64,000 bases of DNA, from NCBI RefSeq assembly GCF_964204645.1, contig NC_134030.1, positions 13,103,947-13,167,946 of the forward strand, read 5' to 3'. Every line of letters starts with the position of its first letter. Within the stretch, counting starts at the first letter, position 1. A program made the translations under genes and the position numbers. Positions 14,136 to 27,610 of the stretch are shown in pieces. The stretch comes from Tubulanus polymorphus (lineage: Eukaryota; Animalia; Nemertea). A model generated the notes under the pieces. It made no database searches, was not told the origin of the DNA, and saw nothing but the letters and a program-made list of their open reading frames with translations.

Positions 14136-17100
14136 CTATGGAAAACCGGCAGTGCACGCGATAATTTGCATTTGAATTCCATATGTAAACGCGTTCTCCT
14201 GGGTATTCCCTGCTGCGACACCTTGTGGTTGTGGGTCCATTGGTATTAAATCTTGAGAAATCGCGGCGTTGCCAATAATAGGTAGATTGGCTCCAGGAAT
14301 TGCCGAAGGCAATTCAATATTGATATGAATTGACATCGACGTAGCACCTTTGCCCTCTTCGCCCGGTATGTTATAACGTTTTTCTCCACCTAGAGTCGGG
14401 CCACCCTGAAATGACAGGGATAGTTTTGTTTCTTTGAAATCTCTCTCACAAATTACTGATTATAACAACAGCTGCATTATAAACAGTGACGACATAACAA
14501 CCTAGCAACACGCATAGTGTGGTAGTGACTGGTAGAAAAATATCTGGGCTCAGTTCCATAGTCATGGCTTAGACTTAAGACCAATTTAAGACCATCTTAG
14601 TTCTATAACCAATCTAACAACTTAAGACCAGTCTTAAAATTTAAGACCATTTTTGGACTTAAGTCTCAACTGAGGAACCAGCCCCAGGTGATTAGGAAGC
14701 TTCTGTAACAGAATTTAACGATGTCTCTGACCTTTGTTTGTGAATAGAATGTTTCTGGTATTTAGACCGAATTTAGTTAGTGCTTAATCTATATTGCCAA
14801 AACGTCCCCTTTCAGTAAGGTTAATGATTTCCATGTGAATTTTGAAATCAGTGTGTCTCTAGCGGACTCAAAATGTTTGTGCATTTCATTTTCATTTTTA
14901 TTGTTCCACAAAAACATGTTTTGCACGGAACATTCTTACATTAAATTCTAACAGTAGATGGTATCGTACAGCGAAGCAAATCGTTGTAAGTATACGTAAA
15001 GAGACACATGTACATATACGCTGGGTAAATATTAGGAGAACTCGTTTACGCACCCCCGACTAATTTGCAAAAGTTACTTAGTTTTACCGCCAGTTTGTGC
15101 ATATGGAAAAGTTCCCCGAGGTTTTCTATTGTTGTTCCCCCCCCCCCCATAGTGACGCGAGAAAAGGCGCGCTCTTTCATTCGCATACGCAGGGAATTCT
15201 AAAATGGCCTGCCTTTCATCCCCCAGGGATTGAGTGTTACACTTCATACATAGTCTATCATCTCGAGCAATACGACTTCAATCGGTAAACTATGGTTGCT
15301 GCAACGAAAGCGACATAAAGTAATTCTATGGTTAGCCTGTAAATTTAATAGATACAATTCCGGTTCAAAGTTTGTTTTAATGCAGTAGTATGTGGCAGCT
15401 TTATGGGAGTTGATGCAGTCTGCGCGCAATTTTTGTATATATTGGGTCAGTTAATCTATGCTTGACAGAGTGATGGATGAAATCTATATTAACGAAGGGT
15501 TGAGCTTGTTGATTCTGCCAGAACAAAATGTTATTGGTTCAAAGTCTAAAATTGTAAGTAGTGCCTAGATAATGCATTTTGCAGAGCACGCAAGTTATGA
15601 GGTATATCAAATTTCTGGAATTACAGTTAAATGATATATTCATGTTTTACATGTTGATGAGCTCGAAAATATATCTCATGTTATCAACAGTGGGCAAAAA
15701 TACGACAACGGCCATCTCCACATTTATTCCATTGGTAGCATAGTCGTTACGGGGCTGATATTTGGGTAAATGTATTAGAATTAGACGCCCGTCTGAAATG
15801 AACGTAGATAGAATACTGACCGGGTCGGTGTTAGAATGAATAGTAGAACCATCGCCCGATAGTAATGTAATCGTAACGTCGTTGATAGTATAAGCACCTA
15901 TGTATAAAGAGAATCAAAAATCACATCGCAGCTAGTGGTTTACATAGAGAAAAAGTTAACCAAAAGACAAATTCAGTTAGACAAAGTCATCCAATACATG
16001 TATCAATGGTTGGTCGGTTTGAATCCCGTTAGACGCGCAGTCAGTCGCGCACGTATTATCCATCCATCATTCCAGGATTCATAAGTTTGAATCCGGGTGG
16101 TTACAGAACTTCTGGGAAACTTGTCTTTCTGATATCTTTCTCCCTCACAAGGAGCAAGATGCATTGAGGATCTATAATTGATCTTGCCCGACTGATTCGA
16201 AATGTGTAAACAAAATGAAGCCGTAAAACCGAGTAGTTTTTTGGTGCATCAAGCCTCCTCGTTGCATCAAGATAAGCCAGACTAACTGCCGGCTGCTAGA
16301 TAGCTGCTGGATAGCATACACTAAACTCTAACCTGGCCTATAATTTCTCAAAGTCTTGGCCTCACTTGATTACTGGCCATTCATTTTTGTAGATCTGACA
16401 CTTTTCTGTGATGTGGGAGTTACCGTGTCAGGAGTTCAGCAAATCGAACATATCGACTTTCACTATGTTTTTTTTGAAAGCGTATTCAAGTTGAATAAAA
16501 AGTTTTAGGTTTAGGTCTGGGTTAAGTTTGAATTGTTGTGCTCATTGAAAAAAATTCATTACCAAAAGCAGTTGGACCAATTTTACTTATACACTACTGG
16601 GATTCTGGACCCAGAATGTTGTTCATCGTAACGTACCACCGGAAACTGCCTGCCTATATGCTAGTGTCAAAGATTGCACCCATTTCACTTCTCCGAATTC
16701 AACATATATCGTCTGTGAATCCCCGCTAAGAGTTGCTGAATCTTCTGGTTCACCCGATAGGGTACCATCATCATATATCAAACTGAAAGAAAATTGAGTT
16801 TGCATTTCAGTATTCAACCTAGATTCAAATCGAAACTTGGGTCTAATCTACTTTCAATTTATTCAGCCGTGAGTTCCTAATAAACTTACGTTTTCCCTAC
16901 CGTCAGTGAATTCATTATTGGTTGTGCGGGTATTACTGTATAATAGTTTCCGTTTGTGATATCGCCATCGCCTAATGACTAAATAGGATAATTTAAGATA
17001 ATTATCATTCCACTTAAAGGCAAATCAACCACCTATTAAACGTAACTCTGCTTTAAACATTTAGATTTAAATACAATCAACTTCGCATAGGTCGTACAAG

Positions 17101-18402
17101 TTGGGCCAAATCATTGGAGTATTTAGGAATTTTTACTAAATGTTCGACATAGAAGTTAAAGGACAAATGTCATCAAAATAGAATATTGTGTAAAATTTAT
17201 TTTCAAATTTTTAAATCGGCAATTTCAGCTTGTGCTCACTATTATTGTTTATGTCATCGCTGACAAACGCTACTTGCTTCCAGACATTTCACTCTAAACG
17301 TTTCATAGAGTATTGAATCGTTTCAGCAGTCGTTTTGGCTATTTGGGTCAAAAGACAGTCAGATACAAACCAATTTTTTCTTATTGGCTCCTTGAATGCG
17401 GAGGAAAAACCCGCGATTTTTACTCCTGTATGATGCGATTGATGAGTGGTCGGCTTATTGTGAGGATTCGATGTTTATCAACAACAACACTCGTATAGAT
17501 TAATTTTTCGGTTTGTCGGGTTGAGAGGACTTATTTGATTAATTATGATAACACATACATTTTTTTTTTAACCACGAGGCTTACTGGCGACCATATTTAG
17601 TAACTATTCATTTGTAAATGTGGTTTTGGCAGTTTCATGAAATTATACTTTTACACTATGATATGAGACTTGAGCTTTTTGACTTGATAAATTAGATCAT
17701 GATTACGGATCAACTGAAATATAGGGGATTGTAGTCCATGTGCTCATCAATCGCCACTGTGCACTGTTAATTAATTGTTATGTTAAATAATGTTAGTCAA
17801 TTAATTCCGCTCCTTTTACCTTATCTAGATTAGATTTTCCAACGTTCGCAGCCATCAAGCACACCACCCCGGGTGGTTACTTGTAGCCGAGCGATTGCTG
17901 AATGATAAATCGATAAGCAACCACCCGGGGTGAAGTGCTTGATGGCTGCGAACGTTGGAAAATCTAATCTGGATAAGGTAAAAGGAGCGGAATTAATTAA
18001 CTAACATTATTTAACATAACAATTAATTAACAGTGCACAGTGGCGATTGAAGATTCGATTTGGTAGCATTGATGGATGGTTCTGTGTTTATTGGCTCTCC
18101 TGCCCATGTTGACTAATGCCGCAATTGAAATTCAATGACGTCATTGAAATGATATATTGAACATTGTTGATCTAAATCGTCTAATTCTAAAGCGTAAATC
18201 GAATGGCCTCACAAAAGCCCTTACTTATTATTGTCGCAATAAAATAACTTACCGGTACAATATCACCCCAGGCAGAACATGCAGGAGTTGTCGGGCAATT
18301 GGTCGTTGGTGGTGGTGATGTAGTAGCCGGCTGGGTTTGAGTGCATGTAGTCGCAATGGTTGCAAGTGCAGCAGACACAGCGACAATAAAAAAAATCTTC
18401 AT
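14136..18402 (-). CDS. Host gene, secreted 255-aa protein of unknown family; coding exons 18402-18253, 16978-16890, 16818-16637, 15897-15821, 14405-14136
   Basis: Signal peptide MKIFFIVAVSAALA, Thr/Pro linker; all four introns GT-AG with matching phases (0,2,1,0); 768 nt open frame; AATAAA twice just downstream (~14088-14100); upstream acceptor at ~18441. Confidence 0.8.
14545..14688. mobile_element. MITE (PIF/Harbinger-like ends)
   Basis: gggctcagttcc...ggaaccagccc imperfect TIRs; internal cttaagacc repeats. Confidence 0.6.
15244..15540 (-). mobile_element. CR1-type LINE 3' fragment
   Basis: FEPELYL...ITLCRFRCSNHSLPIE motif. Confidence 0.7.
17747..18050. mobile_element. Foldback/MITE with ~135-bp near-perfect inverted arms
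   Basis: tcaatcgccactgtgcactg...cagtgcacagtggcgattga. Confidence 0.85.
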
Positions 18403-19052
18403 TTCAAATATATTTTGGAGTTAAAATGAAAATCTTTCCCTGCAAAGAACAAAAATCCTGTAGTCCTCCCGACGGAATAAATAAACCTCGACATCGAGCA
18501 ATGGAGGCAGTTGGTACTGTAGCAATTCGTTCAGCATTTCGTTTGTATTTGAAAATTAAGTATAAACACTGATCGGTGTTATAGAAAATAAGTAAACTCG
18601 ATAAACATACTCAAGATGCATTAACATAATTTCATATGAACCATGTGTTTATTGTATGTTCGTATCATTCTAAGTTCGTATTCGTTATGGATCAAAACTA
18701 ATCATGAATCATATCTGATCGAGGATTGAATTATTCATGGGCGGCGGAACCGGGACGTTTGGAGCGTTATTGGCCGGGCCAATATATCAAGCCCTCTGGC
18801 ATAAAATTTGTTTCGCCAAAACAGAAAATACGTTTTTCGAACACACAGAAAACATTTCTTGCACCATGATATGCACACGGGACGAAAAACGCTTTCGACC
18901 ACACACGAAAAACATTTTTTGGTTCGGCGTTTTGCGTTTTGACTCCCCCGCACACGGCATAACAAAAATACATTGAAAACGTTTTTTCACGAGTAAAAAA
19001 GTTTTTTCGGTGCCATATGCGGTCAAATGGGTGCAAATGGGTCACTCACGGA

Positions 19053-20110
19053 TATGGGTTTACCATATAACAAATGGTTAGTTCAAAAGCTGCAGTCAAG
19101 ATTTTTCAGGTTCATAATGGGGCTTCATTCTAAGGCTCCAATTCTATCAATTTTTGGTGATTTGGGAGAGGTTCCACTTTATATTGATATTACTATGTCA
19201 GCTTTGAAGTTCTGGATGTCAGTTATGTCGTCGGGTAATAGCTAATCAATGATCTGCTTGTCCTTTTTAGAATAATATAAAGATGAGAGGGAGGGCAAAT
19301 TCAATTATATATCTACCGTTAAATCAATTCTATCAAATTTAGGGTACTCAAATGTTTGGAACAATTTGGGGCATTATTCAAATAGCATTATTTTGGGTAT
19401 TAGGAAGCATCTGACAGCTATCTTTGTGGATCAAGTGATCATTTCCGTTATAATTTCTATAAAGCAGTTAAAGTAAGTTTTAAGTTAGAAAAGTATTTAT
19501 TAGTGCTAAAAGATTTTAACCTCAGAAATGCTGGGTCCAGTTCCACAGTTCCGAGTTAAGATTTGACTCTGGGTTAAAACATTGAAAATGAACTAACTTT
19601 AACTCAGAGTTAACTCTAACTCACAACTGTGGAACTGGGTCCTGGTGCTAAATAACGACTACTCTCAGCTTAATAATTGAAAAAGGTAGACACCGCGGTA
19701 TAGAAAAGGAAAAACGTTTGTGCGATATCTGTAATGTGTTGGACGTTGAATGTCACTTTTTGTTCCATTGTAAAAGAGTCGCTAATCTGAGAAAGGAATT
19801 AAATATATCTATCTTAGACGTGAATAGTTTAATCTCCACTTTCTACAACCTAAGCCCTACAACCAGTATTGTTCAGCTAGCCAAATTTATTAAACTCGGT
19901 TTGCCATTGTCCTAATATTTCTTCGATTAATGTTTTGTATATTTTCAATTATGTTTTTCCTCATCTGTAATTAGTGTTAATTATGCCTCATCTTATTACT
20001 TGTTTATCTCCTATTATGTATATACTTGATTTCACCGAAACTGTATCAGTTGCAAACAATGTTTTTTTTCAAAATGTTTATGTTGAATAAAGATTGATTT
20101 GATTTGAAAT
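19053..20110 (+). mobile_element. CR1-type LINE 3' end
   Basis: KLQSRFFRFIMGL...GDLGEVPL; LIIEKGRH...RLCDICN...ECHFLFHC; 3' aataaa followed by (gattt)n tail. Confidence 0.75.
19532..19645. mobile_element. MITE (PIF/Harbinger-like) inside the LINE
   Basis: gggtccagttccacagtt...aactgtggaactgggtcc TIRs. Confidence 0.7.
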
Positions 20111-22329
20111 TGAATTCATTAAGGGAAACGGAGATATTACTTCTAAAATCGCTACACGTATTTCTATACTCTACCTAGTACTATTTCGTAGGGATTTTCA
20201 AAATTGAAAAAAATATATAAAATTCCGTCTTTCAGACCGTTAAAACTTTGCGGTAGGTAGTTATACGAATTAACCGACGCCGAATTAAGTGAGGTTGGCT
20301 GTTTTAATTGTTTCCATGAACTTTAACTGTGAAATAATCTTTTTCAAGTTCCTAACAAGTTTTAGAAATATTTTACCTCACCAATACGATATGTCTTATA
20401 TAAATAAGTTATCTTACCTTATGAAGTAAAACTTAATGTAGGAAACCAATGTGTCCTCAAATCTACCACAGAGATGGTGGTAAAGCCAGAAATGTGGCTT
20501 CCTTATATCCATTTTGTTTGATTAATCGGCTGAATAAATCTCGAATTGTTGCCAGCGTCGAAATATCTGTTGATTACAAGCTTACTGAATATTCTATACA
20601 TTTCTTTGTGTTGTTTTTCAAGTTGCTGAATGGAGAAATTGAGATGAAGTTATTCGAAGTCAATTGTATCTCTTTGATTGATATCGCTATGTGACAACCT
20701 GCCACCAAATATCAGCACCACTGTTATAAAAGATTTCTAGGGATTCAGAAAACTGATTCGCGATTGTCAGGACATAAAAAAAGTTTTCAAGATAGTATCA
20801 CTCAATCTTTGGTACCACATGTTACAAACATTGTTCCATCGGGACATGAATAAATTTTGAGGATGGAAGGCGAGATTCTCGGTACCAACTGTTGCAAGGG
20901 ATTGTGCCGGAAATGAAAACCTTTTCAAGATAATATCATCGCTACGTGGAAAACCAACTATACACTTGCATTGAGCAAATGAGGTAAATTCGGCTGCTCA
21001 ATTTTACAGGAAATATATTCTTAATATGTCGTCTGAAGAACCTATTCATTGATCTTTGTTAAAATGTTCTTATTGTGATCAAGAACAGACACATTTGTTT
21101 TAAATCAACGAAAAGTTTATTTTGTGATAAGTTACATCTACACGTTTTCCTTAATACTTATAAGTTGTATAGTTGAATTAACAGTAATATCCAACTGAAT
21201 AATCTTTATCCGCTTAATCAGCGTAATTCCTCACGTCATATGTGTAGTAAAAAAAAATCCATGAATACATGTATCACGTGCGATCATAACATAAACCATT
21301 TCAAAAATGTGGATAGTTTTTCTAACCTTCTAAATAGATGGGATCGAAGGAATTCGTGTAAGCGTGAAGACCTGATATGATGTGGCTGGAATCGAGGGAA
21401 TCATGCGTGTTTGCGTTGATACGACCCTTCGGTTTGTCGGTATGGAGATAATGTGTAACTGGATTACTCATTTATATCCTAGCAAACACGGAGACTTTTT
21501 TCAACGTTGAAATAACATAGTGAATGTAACATTGCAATTGGGTTGAAAATATGTTGTAAAGTCGATCCACGTCGAGAAATAACTTTTTAATCTCAACGTT
21601 ATACAAAACAACATCGATACTAGACATTTTAATTAATGGCCTCACTGTCTATCATAAAGTTATTCCAACATTGTCCCGCAAATGTTGAAGATACGTTGAC
21701 ATCAGAATTTTGCCAATTGGCCCCGATTTAAACCTTGCATCAACGTTGAAATACCAACGTATTTCGTCAATGTTAAAACAATATTGTTTCAATGTCTGTT
21801 ATATTTTCACTGTTAATCCAAAGTTGAATTTTGGTTGTTAGTTTGAGCGGCCGCTATTCCACGCTATTCCTTCATGGTCCAGGAGCCCAGAGTGATTTGG
21901 TCATTCGAAAAGGTTACCAATTTCTAAGCACAGCTGTGCGTTTAATAGGAAATTCTATAAATGAAAATGTTTTTCTGCCGGTACAACTGTGGTGGGTGTG
22001 GTCACAATCACCAAATTTTCTCATGGTAAAATTAGACTAGATCAGCTGAAAAGGTAACTGATCCAAACTCCAACCAATATTACATAAATCATATTACTTG
22101 ATCCATAGACTCTAAAACGAGTTCGATTCAATATCCTTAAAAGGTTTATTATTTCTATTATCTAATTCCATATGCAATACAATATGGGCTTTTATAAACA
22201 TTGTTGGTGTGTTAATACTGATGAAATTCATCATAATCTACGATACAAACACCACCGGGGTCGCCATCTTAGTTATCCATGATGCAACTGTTTTACCCAT
22301 GATCCAATGCGCGCTCCTCATTTTACTAT

Positions 22330-22930
22330 ACTAATTGTTTCCAAACTAATTCATTTTCCTAACACTTTGCAAACACTTTCATGATACCGAATTTAATTAT
22401 TCTACTGACCCTACCTGTTTATTTATAAACTAACTTATTTTACTAACACTTTTAAAGAACTTGATTTTAATTTATAGTTTACCAATACATAACTTTCACA
22501 TTTAGAAACTCAATTATTCATCTAACACTTAAATAACACTCTTATGAGAAAAAATCAATTATTTTACTAATACTTATATTTAAAACGTTATTATTTTAGT
22601 AACACTTTAATGATTAAAAAAACTTAATTTTTACCTATACCTTACTAATACTTTCGTATCTAAGAATATAATTATTTCACTTACACTTTGCTTACACTTT
22701 TATGATAGTAACTTTCATTATTTTACTAATGCTTTACTATTACTTTTGCAATTGGAAAATGAAATATTTTACTAACACTTAATGATAATCAACTTTCTTT
22801 TACTACTACTTAAATAATACTAAAATGCTTATATTTAGAAACTAACTCATTTTACTTACACTTTACCAACACTTTTATGATGAAAAGTTTAATTATTCTA
22901 CTTTATATACTTTACTAATACTTTTTTCTT
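22330..22930. repeat. Degenerate AT-rich tandem repeat (ttttactaacacttt core)
   Basis: Core recurs about every 40-50 bp. Confidence 0.65.
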
Positions 22931-23462
22931 ATAATTTGATAATTATATGTTCAATTTCCTGTGAAATGTCAATCAATTTTTTTATTTCATGTTGGTTTTT
23001 TGATCGTTTTACTTAAATATTCAGTGATGCTATGGAGTTTCTTCTGTCTGTCCGTCGTTTATCAAACAAAGACAAATTACCAAATCAAAGTGGGCACTAA
23101 CAGTGATGACTTCGTACTCTGAAAGCGTCATTTTCCCATTACTACTGAATATGATAGAAATCTGTTCAGAATGACGTTTAATTGGAGTTGCGTCTGTATA
23201 TTTTGATTGGTTACACTGCCAAGTATTTATATATATTTGTCTATCATATTGAACTCAAATATTTGTCGTACGTTCAAGCTACTTGCTTGTTAACATCTCA
23301 TGTGACTTGAAGAGATAATACATGTCCTTTCATTTCAAAGAGCAAATAGTCTCATGGGTATAAATAGTACAATTCTCACTCATTAATTGGTTATTCACAC
23401 ATCCCTTTTCATGAATTACGTCGCTACAGTCTTTGTTTTGTAGAATATAATAGACTGAATAA

Positions 23463-23697
<235 letters not shown>

Positions 23698-24666
23698 TGA
23701 AATAGCTCGCTAATATACAGTGGTGCACGATCTGTAAGGGCCTTAAAAGTCAACATGAGAACTTTGAAGTCAATCCTGGCTTTAACCGGCAACTAGTGTA
23801 ATTCGCGCAGTACAGGAGTGATATGAGAATGTTTCGGTAAACGAACGACGAGTCGCGCAGCACAGTTTTGAAGACTCTGCATGGCATTGTTTGAAATACC
23901 TGCAAGCAGACTGTTACAATAGTCAAGTCGAGATAGCACTAGAGCCTGGGTGAGGGATTTCGCAGCATCAAACGTAAGGCTTTTACGAACTAATCCAATA
24001 TTTCTGATATGAAAATAGCCACTTCTTAGAATTGATCTAACGAACGTTACCATCGATAGTTCAGAATCAAACATGACGCCCAGATTTCGGATGGGAGAAA
24101 TTTGCACGTCGACTCCAGCTACAGATAATGATTGAAGATCGAAGGACTTAAGACGGTGTTTGGTGCCCAATAGAAACACTTCGGTTTTGGAAGCATTGGC
24201 TTTAAGAAAAATTGCCGTGTACCAATCGTAGATCGCAAGGAGACAATGTTCAACGTTGTGAATCTGAGCGTTTAGAACAGATTTGTCCTGGATAGATTTG
24301 AGTAGTTTGAAGACCTGATATTCGGCAAAGCAATGTCTGTCTAGTCCGTCCGTCTATCTTAACTCTGAATGACCTATTGGTCAGATATGATTTAAACCAT
24401 TCAAGTGCGGTGCCACTGATGCCCAGGTACTGCCTGGTACGGGATAGCAAAATACCGTGGTCGACCGTGTCAAAGGCAGCACGTAAATCTAACAAAACGA
24501 GAATAACTACACCATTGCTATCATCAATAAAACCACGAATATCGTTCTGCACTCTCAATGAAGCTAGTTGTCGAATAAACACTATAATCCGTGTATACTG
24601 TAGATAAATGAAGAAATCCCACACTTCGAATTTTAAAATTATACGATCAAATTTATTATAATGAAA

Positions 24667-24708
24667 CCACAACGTTTCGGCTGTTGACTAACAGCCATGA
24701 TCAGGTGG
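24667..24708 (-). ncRNA. Minimal type I hammerhead ribozyme (core variant CUGAUCA)
   Basis: Minus strand ccac CTGATCA t ggctgtt agtc aacagcc GAAAC GTT gtgg within the Penelope pLTR. Confidence 0.7.
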
Positions 24709-25043
24709 AATGACCAGAAAAACAAGTAACAAAGCATATAATCTCACAGGATCTAAAATAGAAGCAGTGTGTCAAAACTAAAGATAAACAGACCAGGCAA
24801 TAAAACATCAAGGGGTACCGTAGAAACCACAGCAATTCTAAACAGTTCAGTAAAAACAAATTATGTAACTAAGTGAAGTGGACTGAAGAGGGTGGCGATA
24901 AAAGAGTGACACATCGTGACATTAACCCAAATCTAATAAAGAGTTGATGTGTCTGGATAATAATTGGTTATGTGGAGAAAAACCAGTATTTAAATTAGTA
25001 GATAAATTGGATTTCGAAAGTTTACATATTAGGGCTGATTCCA

Positions 25044-25553
25044 CTATGTGTCTCTTATGAATATCTTTACAAGGATATTAATAAGTTTCGAATTCTGAAA
25101 GTCAAATTGGTGATTGGTTGTAAAGACATGATTTGCTATTCCACTCTCAGGCTTTTGGTTGCGGATATATATTTTGTGTTCTTTAATACGCTGACTAAGA
25201 TTACGTCGCGTTTCGCCGATGTACATCATATTACAGTCTTTACATGGTATCCTATAGACCCCGGACTCAATTAGCTCACTGTTGGGTTTATTTTTGGTTA
25301 AAACATTAGTGAGTTTGTTATTATACTGAAAGGCTAATCTAGTGTTGATGGTGCTTAATGTGGATTTAAAGCGTTCCAAAGTAGGTAAATACGGGATTAT
25401 AATATTCTTTTGAGCTCTACGTTTTGTGGTCAGGTTATTACGTCCAGAGTGAGAAATTCGGGCTTCGAAATAAGCTTTGTTCAAAATTTTGTCTGGATAG
25501 GCTAGTTTCTTGAGAGCAGTTCTTATATGTTTGATTTCTTTATCTAAAAACAT
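25044..25553 (-). pseudogene. Penelope RT C-terminus + GIY-YIG endonuclease
   Basis: ORF 25044..25553 motifs. Confidence 0.9.
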
Positions 25554-25818
25554 TTGATCACAAATACGTAGAGCTCGAAGAAATAATCCTTGGGCTATTC
25601 AAATTTTGATGTTCAAAGGAGTAAATGAGAAAAAAATGAAGATAAGCTTCAGCATTAGTCGGTTTCCTATATACAGAGAATTTCAAATTTGTTTTGAAAT
25701 TATGAATGAGTACATCGAGAAACGGGATGCAGGGATAAATTTGATCGTATAATTTTAAAATTCGAAGTGTGGGATTTCTTCATTTAGCTCAATGAAACTG
25801 TCTCAGTGCTTGTACGCG

Positions 25819-25970
25819 AGTAATAGGGAATAAGTTGTTTCATACCAAAGGTCGAAGGGTCGAGCTCATAAAAAATAAAAAATAAATTCTCGCACACTCG
25901 AATTTATTTTTTATTTTTTACTCACTCGCCCCTTCAACCTTTGATATGAAACAACTTATTCCCTATAACT
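25819..25970. repeat. Left terminal imperfect palindrome (152 bp)
   Basis: agtaatagggaataagttgtttcata... pairs with ...tatgaaacaacttattccctataact; loop tcgcacactc. Confidence 0.92.
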
Positions 25971-26093
25971 CTTAAAATATTCATACATATGAATAAAATA
26001 TAAATGAATAACATATATAAGTAATTAGAAAAGTAGGCTTTCAAGCCAGAGTACGAGAGTACGAGCTCTTATAGAATAGATATATAGATATAT
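25971..26093. repeat. Left inner TIR (123 bp)
   Basis: Reverse complement of 52349-52471 with 2 mismatches by manual alignment. Confidence 0.92.
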
Positions 26094-26099
26094 GAATAG

Positions 26100-26705
26100 T
26101 TATTTTATAAATTTATATTCATATGGAAATTGTAGTCTCAGTAATAATTTTGAACCTTTATTATTCTTTAATTTATTCATATATTCATCATGTAATTTAG
26201 TAGGTATAATTTGATTTTCTTCCAATGATTGTTGCATAGATTTTTTATCTTTGTTATAAAATAAAACTAGAAATCTTATGTTCTCCCTAAAGTCTTTAAC
26301 AATTGAATTATATTTTTGATTTAAAACCCATGTTTTAAATGTCTCCCAGAGAAAGCTAGGTAACATAACTCACTTTCTCTAACTTTTGAATCATGTAAAT
26401 TTGCGCAATCATCTATAATGAATAATGTATTTGATCCTTTATAAGTATCAATTGCTATTTTTATACAATAATCTAAATTTTCTTTTACTGTTTTAGGATC
26501 TAATATAATAAACGTTTTTTATCTTAACTATGTCTCTATTATATGTTTTATTCATTTCATAAGTAGGACAGAATAATATCATATTATCAAAATGATTCTT
26601 ATGAATAGTTTCTAACAAATCTAATATGAAATGTGCTTTACCACAGTTTGTTACCCCAGTTATTAACATATTATGCGGTTCAAATATAAATAAATCTTTA
26701 TTCAT
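26100..26705 (-). pseudogene. A32/FtsK-like packaging ATPase
   Basis: Walker A ITGVTNCGK, Walker B LFIIDD, FSGRH, VLNQKY...RENIRFLVLF; frameshifts. Confidence 0.9.
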
Positions 26706-27604
26706 TTATTCTTTTAATTTTACTAGATAAAATCCATTCATTAAATTTATCATCGTATCCTTTATATTTCACCAAAGAATACTTTTTTCCTTGTTTTTTC
26801 AACTTTGTTCAATGTTTTTCTATATTTAGATATTCTAACGTGTTGTCCAATTTTAAATTTAGGTTCTCCAAAATCATGTGTAACAAATGCTCCATATAAA
26901 TTATTCCAAACTATTTCCGAATTATCTTCTTTTCTAGCTTGTATAGGTTTAATACCAATACTTGAATGTTTAGAATTATTATAACCTTTCACTAAATCAT
27001 CTAATACATCGATATATTTATATGTTTCATTAGCAGTAAAATATTTCCACATTCTAGTTTTCAATGTTTTATTAAATATTTCTATAATAGATGCTTTTTT
27101 ATCTAAGTGTGTTGAAAAATAATCTACATCGTTATCAGATAATAGTTTTTTAAAATGTTTGTTATAAAATTCCTTACCTTCATCAAATTGTATCTTATCT
27201 GGAATAGCTTCTTTAAATATTGATTGAAAAGCATTTGTCACTTCTATACCAGTTTTATTTTTGATTGGAATTGACCATGCTTATCTACTGAATATGTCTA
27301 TAACATTCAGTATCCAGAAATATCATTTGTTGTATTCTTCTAAGTTCTTCATGTCAATTAAATCTGCTTGCCATTGTTGATCGATATATGAAACCATAAC
27401 TTTTCTTGTTAAATAAGTTTTATCCATTTTCTTGTGGATTTGATATGTTGGTTGATTTTGTAACCATAATCTTAATTCACTATATTTTATATTACCATTT
27501 TCTTTATCAGATTTAATTTTATCCCATAATTCTGAAACGTTAGAATATGATACTTCACTCTCTGGGTTATAATATAACTCTCTTAAATATTGTTCTTTTT
27601 TCAT
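26706..27604 (-). pseudogene. Polinton retroviral-like integrase with C-terminal chromodomain remnant
   Basis: LYYNP...WQADLIDM...VIDIFSR...IQFDEGKEF...KASIIE.FNKTLK...GQHVRISK; VKYKGYDDKFNEWI at ~26730-26770. Confidence 0.93.
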
Positions 27605-27610
27605 CTTATT

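Larger units (their letters stand above)
24566..25787 (-). mobile_element. 5'-truncated Penelope-like element with inverted pseudo-LTRs
   Basis: RT tail (IPFLDV, VYRKPT) and GIY-YIG (GVYRIPCKDC..YIGET.RNL..RIKEH); inverted repeat ~24602-24656 / ~25735-25787; ctcaatgaa duplicated on both sides. Confidence 0.9.
23698..25818 (-). mobile_element. CR1/L2 LINE, RT-domain half (interrupted by Penelope at 24566-25787)
   Basis: [68 protein letters not shown]. Confidence 0.9.

Noticed and set aside
18735-19052. Four overlapping ORFs
   Set aside because: Internally repetitive MITE-like sequence with no coding signature
25813-25818. Target-site duplication for the Polinton
   Set aside because: tacgcg does not match atttcc after 52881
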